A stretch of 61,633 nt of DNA, counting the filler, from Choristocarpus tenellus KU-1152 (lineage: Eukaryota > Protista > Phaeophyceae), in assembly GCA_964200185.2 (NCBI GenBank). It is 11 parts of 11 records of this genome, joined end to end, with 100 filler letters (N's around TTAATTAATTAA, not from the genome) between each part and the next. Parts side by side here need not be neighbours in the genome. Positions count along the whole stretch, not along the records: positions 51,465 to 54,819 come from CAXNAD020020580.1; positions 54,920 to 58,325 come from CAXNAD020020250.1; positions 58,426 to 61,633 come from CAXNAD020021539.1; 8 more parts are not named here. One strand, written 5' to 3'. Shown here piece after piece: positions 52,639-61,633 of the stretch. Each line of letters begins with the position of its first letter. Position 1 is the stretch's first letter. The notes below the pieces were generated by a model. It was given only the letters and a program-made list of their open reading frames with translations. It was not told the DNA's origin and searched no databases. The translations under genes and the position numbers were made by a program.

Positions 52639-54238
52639 ATGCGGTCATCATGGCGTAACAGTGGGTCCTACCTCCTCAACGAGGAGGGGCAGCCTCTGCT
52701 GGAAGGACGTAATGGATGGAGGGAATGTTGCCAGTGTTTCGTGGACAAGAAGGTAATTTACTGCAAAGGTGGCGAGGGAACAAGCCTATGGCTCTGTGAT
52801 CAGTCCTTGTGTGGTCAGCGCAACTTGCTCTACGACAGCATTTTCTCATATACCTCACGAAGCAGCAACTGCCAACCTCTTGCTTGCCCTTACGAACCAG
52901 TGCGCCACAACGATATTTTACAGCGTGATACTGATTATGTTGGTGGTCGTGGAGCGATTTACCTTCAAGGTTATGGTTGACCGGATGGCACCTTTTCGGT
53001 GAGACCCACAAAGGTATTTTCTCTATGCAAACTGAAAAATTTCACTTGTAAGCCTTTCAAGCAGCGATTAGCTGACTATTTCACCCAACTTTTCAAAGGT
53101 TCGTGCTGGTGCAGGCCGTTGCCTTGTGCTACTTTGTGTTTGTAGGAGTGGTGCTTATCTACAAGGCTAAGAGGAGAGAGCTGTCCAATCACATGGAGGG
53201 CCTTCCGAAGTGGAAACTTGCCGTCATGGCGGTACTGGACCTCTGTCACCTAATCCCTATGATTGTTTCAGCGACTGAGGTGGCTCCAACGCTTACGGTT
53301 CTCCTCCTGCAGTGTTCGAGACCGATTTGCCAAGTTGTATCATACATCTTTAAGCTCAGGTAATGCTTGGTAAGGGGATGAGTCGGAGTGACAGGATTCG
53401 AGTGCCACAAAGGGCGAACTTCGAAGTGCAGTTGACGCTTGCTCTGTCTCTCATTCTTCCCCGTGCTCATCTTTCAGTAATGCTCTACCACCTTTTTTTC
53501 TCCCAACACCAACCCGCTCAACAACCGTTCTCCAATACCACTTCAAGGCATATATGTGAATGCGATCAGTAGAGGAACGCTAGAGATTGTTATGGAGAGG
53601 AGTAAGCTTTGTTATCCATTATCCCTCTTGCCTCAAGAAACAATAAACCCACCCCTGCAAATCCGGTGCAGGAGCTACTCATTTTCGTCTGTGTTAGGTG
53701 CAGTGGTGATTGTGGTCGGCACAGGTGTGGCTTCATTCTTGCCTGTTTACAATCTCTTCCTTGCATGGTCACCTGAAGGACTGGAAGAATTATTCAAGGA
53801 TGATGATCTGAGACAAATGAATGCAACCCATGCTGAGGTCGAAGGTGAGCAAGTGTTGATGTTCTGAACAATAGTACGCACGCACACCCCAATACAACAA
53901 ATGATACGGAAGTGGGGAGAGGAGAACCCAGGACATCCTAGTGAGCACTAATGAATCATTCATCTGAGATACGCCCTATTCAGTTCTGTTATCCATAATG
54001 TACCCATCATGACTGTTGAATCCACACCGCTCCTCTCTGCCCAACCTTGTTGCGACCAGGACTTAATACGCTCATGTACCTCTTGGCGTGTCTACCTGCT
54101 GCCCTTTCAACCTATTTCAAGCAGCGTGTGCTGGAGAACTACGGTCTCCCAGTGGACTCACACCAGCTGAACCTAGCTGTCCTATTGTTCGAATTTTTAT
54201 TCCTTCTCCTCATATCTCCACTTTCCTTCCAGTTGCAG
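52639..54238 (+). CDS. CRT-like (chloroquine resistance transporter-like, DMT superfamily) transporter, 5' part; exons 52639-52752, 52901-52998, 53099-53359, 53672-53844, 54060-54238
   Basis: Five phase-consistent GT-AG exons encode successive TM helices with CRT/CLT-like motifs: VVERFTFKVMVDRMAPFRFVL, LPKWKLAVMAVLD, LTVLLLQ..P, SYSFSSVLGAVVIVVG, ACLPAALSTYFKQ, LN...FEFL. Confidence 0.85.
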
Positions 54239-54919
54239 GTAATTGACTCCTAGGAATTGAGTGGAGCGGAGTGAGATACATGGTATGTTGTAGATGCATT
54301 TAAGTGGTAAAGGAAGAGGCATGAGGAGCTTATCAGACACAGTACTAACAAAGAGAAGTGAAAATGGAGGAGGGCTGCATTTATTTTGCAACTCTAGATT
54401 TTCATGTTGAACCAGGTCTCCTCTACATCCTGAACAGTATGGAGGGGATAGTGGTATCGATGCTCAATTTTATGAACAATTTTGAAGAGGTGGAAAGACA
54501 GTGTGTGAGTTATGTGTTATGGCCTGGAAAGAGAAATTGTACCTAGATGAGTATCACATGCTGGCCAGACTTTGTCGCCATATCAGATATGAGTGTGGTG
54601 AGCCTTGTGTCCTTGTGAACAACTTGCGTGGTTTCAACACCTGCTCATGAATAGTGGTAGACTACCAGCTCAGGGAGAAGATAGATTTCTTTCTCATGTT
54701 TGTGATGTTTGCTTTCTAGAGGAATATATTTGATCCCCACAATACTTGACTATACACAAAGTTTATGGATACCTGCAACAAATTGCTGGGAAAGGAGGGT
54801 CAAAGTATCTTGGGGGGGGNNNNNNNNNNNNNNNNNNNNNNNNNNNNNNNNNNNNNNNNNNNNTTAATTAATTAANNNNNNNNNNNNNNNNNNNNNNNNN
54901 NNNNNNNNNNNNNNNNNNN

Positions 54920-55201
54920 CCACCCCCCCCCCCGCAGATACTTTGAGACTTAGAGGGTACAAATTTTGCTGTCTGTTGGGGGTTTTGCTTCCCATGTTTT
55001 TTTTTAATGACATTTTCCTATTTCGAAATGTTTCAGAGTTAGTTAAATATGTACATTTTGGAGTAGGTATCATGTACATGTCCGGAACAAGGATATTGAC
55101 ATTTCCTAGCAAACATGGCTAGCCAAAATTGTATGAAAATCGCAACATTGGATTTTGGCCCCCCAAAAGATCCAGCTCTACCCTCTAAGATACCTTTACT
55201 C
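54920..55201. mobile_element. MITE A right end inserted in the left TIR of a MITE B copy
   Basis: CAGATACTTTGAGAC|TTA GAGGGTAC..., after which the rest of B continues to CCCTCTAAGATACCTTTACTC. Confidence 0.8.
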
Positions 55202-57243
55202 ATGATCAAAATGATTGCATCTTGAGAGCCGTTTCGCATATTATAGTGGGAAATTCGACCTAAGCTGTATAAGGTTCCATAGGCTCCAGCGCTGAACAGG
55301 AATCAGTCTAAAGTCACAACTCGAGCAGAGGGGGAATTGGTCGCAATATAGAACTATGGTATTTTCATACCCAAGTCCAAATTGTGGGGGAAATAAATGG
55401 AAGAGATTACTGAATACATAGCTACAGGCCCTAATGGAGTTGATGGGATGGAAGGGAGTCCTTCACAGCCGAACAACATCACTTGGCAGGTAGAGGGTGC
55501 CACCAGAGTTACCGCCATCCAACCACCACTTTCAAGTTGTCCATGTCGACGAACTTTAGGTTAAAAAGGACACAATAATGTTGTCCCACTACAATAATAA
55601 ACTACAACCACGACATACCTCTCACTTAATGAGCAAACACACATCACCAGCTTTGATCAGTAATCAGCAACAAATAGTACACTAGTAATAGGACTGAAGA
55701 GAAATCATAACTGATTCAGTAGACTACTACTACAGAAGCAGTAGAGTTAGAAACATGGTTGATGTGAACCACACCTTAGCAGTACCTGTCTTCCCATTCC
55801 TGGTCAGCCTAGTCAAGTACTGGGACTAATCCTACTTGAGTCTCATTATGACAGGGATCGAGTCTTTTGCAAGAGACATGGTCCTAGGGCCCTCAGGGTG
55901 AGAGTTTGCCACAAAGGTCGATTTAGTTAAGATTGGAAATGCTGAGACAGTGCCCTGTATAGATACTACTGCTCCTGACCAAGACTTTTTAAGCTATGGG
56001 TGACACCCTTCATTTCTTCAGTTGGGTGCAACCAACTTATTGTCTCAACTGGGCCCAGAAGAGAAGAGTGGAGCAGTGAGGCAGGTGTAAACGAGGATCA
56101 TTTTTGACAAGCTGCAATTTCAACATCGACTCTAACGCTTCAATGAACATCTGCACGCCCTTCCAGCACTGCCTACAGCAGCACAGACACCATCTGTGAT
56201 GGCTTCAGGTATAGTGGGTTCAGAGCGAGCCCCACCGACAGTAGTGAAAAGTTCTTAGATAGCAAGGACTAGACCCCCCAAAGCAATATCAACAGGATGA
56301 ATAGATTTGTCTATGTTATTACAGAACTCCACACAATTGAAAGGCTCCCTCTCCGCTTACCAATGCACCTGTCACGGAGTCATTATACACATAGCAAAGC
56401 CTGCTGGGATGCGAGTCTACACTCCCCATGAGCATGATTGTTCATTGTGCACCACAGAAATTTTTGTGCTAGGTAGTCCCTTTGATCTCTGCTACCACTT
56501 TGTGTATATCTCTATACATATACCGTCCTCTTTGCTAGAGCTAGGGACACACACATTCATCAACGAGGGTCGCAAACAGGCATGTCCAACCCATTTGCCC
56601 AGGTAGTTCGGGTCGCAAACAAACGCGTTCAACCCTGAAACCTTAAGGTCACAGTTACATGCGTCAAGCCTTTCAACTTGCCTCACTAGGGTCACGAACA
56701 AGCACATTCAACCCTGATGTAGTCCACCTTTCCCTCCCTTTTTTCTCACTCACACCCCTTATTGCAGTGTGTGTGGGGGGGTCATGTCTCGGACCTGTTG
56801 CAGCAACATGCAGATTCTTAAAGAAAACCTAATCGGTGGATATACGTGTGTTTTTAATGAGCAAACACATATTAAGCACCTATGATCACCCACCAGCAAT
56901 AAATCAGTACACAGTTGGCAGAAGATAGTTGAGGTTCTCAAGGAATCACTGTTGACCCCTAGCCCACCCTCTGTGGCTTAGGGATTTTGATTCAACCCAG
57001 CCCGATCCCTAATAAATGACACATACCTCATTGAAAGATGCATTATTAAATTTATACGGTAGTGCAGTGTGAACAACGGTTGTGAAACAATAGGGTCTTT
57101 CAACTGGTGTAGAGGCTCCTGCCCCACGGCAGGGACCTCTTGCAGCAATATCCACGAGTGCATACACACCTAATACTCCCTGTTTGCCTGTTCCCCACAT
57201 ACATTTTGAGTGTTCGAGCCCATTTGATGCCAGACTTCTATCA

Positions 57244-57502
57244 GAGTAAAAGTACCTTAGAGGGTGCGAGTTTTGCCCTGTTTGTCCGTTTGGGGCTTGA
57301 CTTCATGTGTTTTTTTTAAATTATATTTTCCTACTCCAAGATGTTTCTGAGTAAGTATAATGTATACATTATGAAAAGGTGTGTCTCGAACAAGGGTATT
57401 GACACTTTAAATTTAATATGATAATTAAAATTACATCAAAATCGCAACATTGGAGTTTGTCCCCCAAATGGACTGACTCTACCCTCAAAGATACTTTGTC
57501 TC
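57244..57502. mobile_element. MITE family B, full-length (259 bp)
   Basis: TIRs GAGTAAAAGTACCTTAGAGGG / CCCTCAAAGATACTTTGTCTC; TSD TCA/TCA. Partial B copies also at ~30564, ~39965-40060, ~42192-42260 and ~58056-58175. Confidence 0.9.
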
Positions 57503-58425
57503 TCACCCACTACATGAGTTGCCAGCTTATCCAGGATTTTATTGGTCTGCCTATATGCCAAGATTCCTAAAGCCTTCTATCACAAAATTTGAAGGTCGAA
57601 ACTAAGAGGGTCAAAATAGATTTACCCATCATGTTAACTTTCTACCATACTACTCTTCTAGTATTTTGATCTGTATCTTTAAAAATATATACTCCAGAAT
57701 AACTATGTGTATGCCCACTGATATCTTGTGGGGTTTTATCAGTTGTCATGACGTAACATACAAAGAAGAGAATACAATGAACACAAAATCAGACTCTGTA
57801 ATACTTGCAATAAAAGGGTTCCTATGCACCAAGAACAGTTGGTAGCTTACAGTATCATCCTCGTTTAAAGAAACAAGAAACTGAGGCCTTCTAAAAAACG
57901 TAACACTTGTTGCAATATAGTGCAAATTATCTTCAGACAAGAAACGTATTATGAAGATACGCATAGAGGTGAACTACCCCTACACCAGCAATACGAAGGC
58001 ACCCTAGAAACAAGGAAGAGTTTAAGGAGAGACGGTCAAGTCCGGCCTCACCCGCCGAGCCAAAGTATCATAGAGGGTAGAGTCGCGTCCATTTCGGGGC
58101 CAAAATCCAATGTTCTGATTTTGATGTAGTTTTGGCTATTGTGTTCGTTAGGAAGTGTAAATATCCTTGTTCGAACAGAGGATTTTCAAAATTGAGGACG
58201 GAACGGGGCTATGAGGATGGTTGTTCTGCGAAAACAGTCTTGAAAAAGTACCGAAAGGTTTTTTTTTGCAACTATTTTTGCACTTGGAAGGGCCCCTTTT
58301 ATGACCTTTTTTGGAAATGTTTCAGNNNNNNNNNNNNNNNNNNNNNNNNNNNNNNNNNNNNNNNNNNNNTTAATTAATTAANNNNNNNNNNNNNNNNNNN
58401 NNNNNNNNNNNNNNNNNNNNNNNNN

Positions 58426-59343
58426 CCTTGACATTTTCCCCTTACACTTGGCACCCCTGGACCCCTTCCCCGCCCTCTCCCCTTCCCCCTCCCCTTGCCC
58501 CTCTCCTCCCCAATAGTGTGGGCATGCCTTGAACCAGCGACGCTCGCTTCTCTATGGAGTTGATCTCGTCCTCTCCCTGCTCCCCTTCCCACCCTTTGAT
58601 CTCTTCCTTCCCCTCTTCCTCGTTCCATCCCTCGTCCGCTTGCCCCTGTAACCCTCCGCCCTTGCACTGCTCCACCCAGTCGTAACCCGTAGACTTCGCC
58701 GCTCCCCTCAAGCGCAGCAGCGATGGCCTCGATATCAATGTTCACCACATCATCTTCGGAATCGACATTCTCACAAGCCCTTGCAGAGATCGTTTGGTCT
58801 ACTGCAAGTATTTCTCCAGCCTTGCCCACTTCTCCGTTTGTCCATTCTCTGGTAAAAGTCCCAGGAGCCCCAACAAGTGTCTCCTCATCTTCATCTGCAG
58901 TACTGGCAACACCCACTTGGCGAGCTGCCGGGAATATAGGTCAATGAAAGGTCGGCAAATGTGTTGTCAAACATGAGGAACTATAAGAGTGAGATGGGAA
59001 TATGAACACAGTCAGGTAAATAACCAAAATCAAGTTGACAAGGTTGTGTAAGACAAATCCTGAGTGGTACTTCCTGCATGCTTCTCTACAATATATACAA
59101 CGGACCTGTTACTGCAGTCTGAGATTCATGAAACTGACAGCAAGGGCGGCAGCCGCCAGCAATATAAATATCATTCCCTACGGGATGTGGACGACCAGAC
59201 TTCATCCCACTACACGGCGAGAAGGGTGCGAATGCCTTGGAGGGTAAGACCAGCACAGACAAGACCACAATGGTCGCCAACCGCCTATTCCATCGTTGGG
59301 GTTCATGCCAGTGGCCTGCGATCGTAGAACCTGCCGCATTCAT
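58426..59343 (-). CDS. Putative plastid-targeted protein of unknown family, 5' part; exons 59343-59106 and 58924-<58426
   Basis: MNAAG..RRLATIVVLSVLVLPSKA-FAPF reads as a signal peptide plus ASAFAP-like cleavage motif. The phase-1 junction ACAG|GTCCG..GGCAG|CT links to the 180-aa ORF, which has an acidic segment followed by an RG/GR-rich segment. Confidence 0.6.
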
Positions 59344-59749
59344 GTTAGTCCAGGGCCCTCCAAAGACCTGCAAGGGAAGTTGCAGTAGACTGGAGTGGCA
59401 TATGTGTGGGTGAAAGGAGATGTCTTTTGTGGCATCCACAAATATCACGTAGCGCCCTGTAGCGATCCTTACTCTTATCATGATACAATAGTACATAATA
59501 TATTCTCCATGACATTAGTGTTAGGGGTATGGCAACATAAATTATTATGAACAGTTGGGAAAGGAGTGGAAAAGAAGAGAGAAGAGAAGAAATAAGAGAA
59601 CCTGGAAGAGGACAAACACGTTAACCCATTAGCTAATACTGGGTTAGGAGAAAAAACAAAAGGAAATGATGGTTGGGGAAAGGAAGGTGAAGCAGTGGAC
59701 TAAGCCAGTCCTCTCAGACCAATAGGAAGAAAATAGAGTAGGTTTCGTC

Positions 59750-60510
59750 ATCAGCGACATGCAAAGGACGGGAGGGAAGTGGGGTATTAGTGGACGATCT
59801 ACATGACTGGTTGCATGTGAACGAGAACTGGTTTTGCATCCTCAAAGATGGGCAAGGTGTGTACCTGCACCCCACTAAGGACCCCCACAAACCCCCATGG
59901 GCACAGAATACGTGCTACTTTACAAAGGTGATGTCCCTGTGCAGTTGTGAGCCGCCCTGGGAATCTCTCCAACTAGGGTGTGGTTCGATGAGAAAATCGG
60001 AATGTAGCCAATCATGGACAGCAAGGTCGCCCAGTACTCCCACAAACACCACCCCAAGGGTATCTATCAAGGTGATTGTACCACCAACCATGGTGGACGG
60101 GTGAGATAGGTATAAGAAGATCATGATCGAGGATGTCATCCCAGCAATCAAGGCGAGTATACTGAGGTCAAAAGGACACACCACCTTAATGCTGAAGGAC
60201 GAGACAATCAAGGAGGTAGCAGGGGGTGTCATTGTCATAGAGACCCAGCCAGTAAACTCACCTTACCTCAACATCAACGATCTGAGATTCATTCATTCCA
60301 TCCAGCAACTGAAGGAAGACGTGGTGGTGACTATTAGAGAGGAGGAGCTTGTGGAGACCACAATGGAGGTGTTCAAAGTGTACCCTCGGGAGACTTGTCT
60401 GACCCAGCCTCTTCACAATCAATGGTGAAGCACTGGGTTCGAAGGGTGACAATGTCTTCAGAATCCCCATCTAAGCAAGGAGAAGCGGGCAAGCTCCCCC
60501 CAAATGCCCT
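59750..60510 (+). mobile_element. Decayed mariner (plant-type DD39D-like) transposase
   Basis: LHVNENWF (HVDEKWF), VYLHP, FTKVMSL (IxKVMFL), WFDEKIGM*PI (FDGKIGMWP), MIEDVIPAIKA, QPVNSPYLNINDLRF (QPPNSPDLNxxDLGF), FRIPHLSKEK. Frameshifts and stops are present, and the second-Asp segment appears deleted. Confidence 0.88.
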
Positions 60511-61633
60511 GGTGGATGCGGCAAATTACTGTGCTGGAATGGAATCTCTTTGAGATCTTCAAGGGTAGAATGATAGATGAGTGTAGGCTGCCCCATTTTG
60601 CTTTAGATTTTGGTAGACAACATTTAGTATCTGCACAATACACCCATAAAATATTATCATATAAAAAAAAAATGTTTCCTCATTGGGGTTGCCAAGTTTG
60701 TGTTACACTTAATTCCGAACGGAGGAGGTATGGTACTTGGGTTTGTTGACTTGGGTCAGGACTTTAGAGTGAAGGCCGACCAACCTACTACGGAAGAGTC
60801 AACCTTGAAGACGGATCAGTTGATCCTCCCTTACTCCACTTGGTGTGGTTGATGGTTCAGTAGATGGGAAGAACGGAAGTTGGTAGGTAGTGGAACAATC
60901 AGGTTTCCAAGTAATGACCAATTAGCATTACTGAAATAAGGTAATTTACAGTGTAGAGAATCAAAACATACACCTTCACACTACTTGCTCATTATTTTTG
61001 TTCTTTCAGACATCACTATAACGTGCTTCAAAGTAGTAATATGTGATGATGACATGAATCAATGAAGCAATTAATCAATCGATCGATGATGCTGTCCAAA
61101 TTTGAGGTACCAGAACAAAAATTAACCTGGATTTTCACCAACTATTACACGACCAAAACATCAATGCCTCCAGACACACTACAGTACAATCTGCGACATA
61201 GTGGTACAGTGTTGACCTCCCGTCCTTCATTCTACGAGATAGAGGTGTGTGGTGAATACAGCGTCAAGGAGGTTGTCGCTATTTGTTTCTAGTCACAGAA
61301 AGCTAATAATAGCTGTACGACGATGTTGTAACTCAAACAGATCGTCTCTATTGTTTGATTACAAACATAGAACAGTGGATTTAAAAAATTGAGGATGGGG
61401 CGAAAAAAGTACCGATATGTTTTTTTTTATGTTGCGGCACTTTTTAAGGGCCCTTTTTTGAATGGGAATCCGTGCCGAAGGTGGCAGTAGTACAGCGTGT
61501 GGGGGGCAGCAATGTTTCGTTTGATCGTCGTGCACATGTATGCCCTGCGTTGGCTTGTTTGCTTGAATAATTAGTGCGGTAGGTGGAGTCGTTTGACTGT
61601 CGATGGGGGATGCGATAGAAAAAAATAGTACTT

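Noticed and set aside
55965-56180. Possible minus-strand exon (QCWKGVQMFIEALESMLKL...)
   Set aside because: No homology or phase-consistent partner exon identified.
59134-59181. 48-bp in-frame GT-AG intron in the plastid-protein gene
   Set aside because: The frame is open across it and it is shorter than all other introns seen here; treated as exon pending RNA-seq.
1-61633. katG, sulfotransferase, CRT-like, Dispatched-like and phosphatase genes as a functional cluster
   Set aside because: Each is on a separate contig, so adjacency is a concatenation artefact.

Overview
This is not a contiguous locus. It is 11 unlinked contigs of an intron-rich, repeat-rich eukaryotic nuclear genome, joined by ten identical 100-bp artificial linkers (N44-TTAATTAATTAA-N44). 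An ASAFAP-type bipartite plastid signal, TTAGGG motifs, long GT-AG introns and the gene content point to a photosynthetic stramenopile, probably a brown alga or close relative (inference). Genes reconstructed by hand from splice sites and reading phase: a complete two-exon, apparently secreted, Cys-rich catalase-peroxidase (KatG, ~716 aa); seven internal exons of a Dispatched-like RND transporter; the 5' part of a Golgi-type sulfotransferase; the 3' part of an atypical PPP Ser/Thr phosphatase; the 5' part of a CRT-like transporter; a plastid-targeted unknown protein; and two weaker gene fragments. The non-coding DNA is dominated by two sister MITE families that share the TIR core TCAAAGTATCT, have 3-bp TSDs (PIF/Harbinger-like) and nest in each other. 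There are also a Stowaway-like MITE, decayed mariner, pogo, LINE, copia and possibly piggyBac remnants, and a CCA-ending tRNA-Ser half. I found no evidence for a multi-gene novel system. The best leads are the secreted KatG with a duplicated four-cysteine pattern, the PPP phosphatase with a replaced SAPNY loop, and the self-nesting MITE pair.
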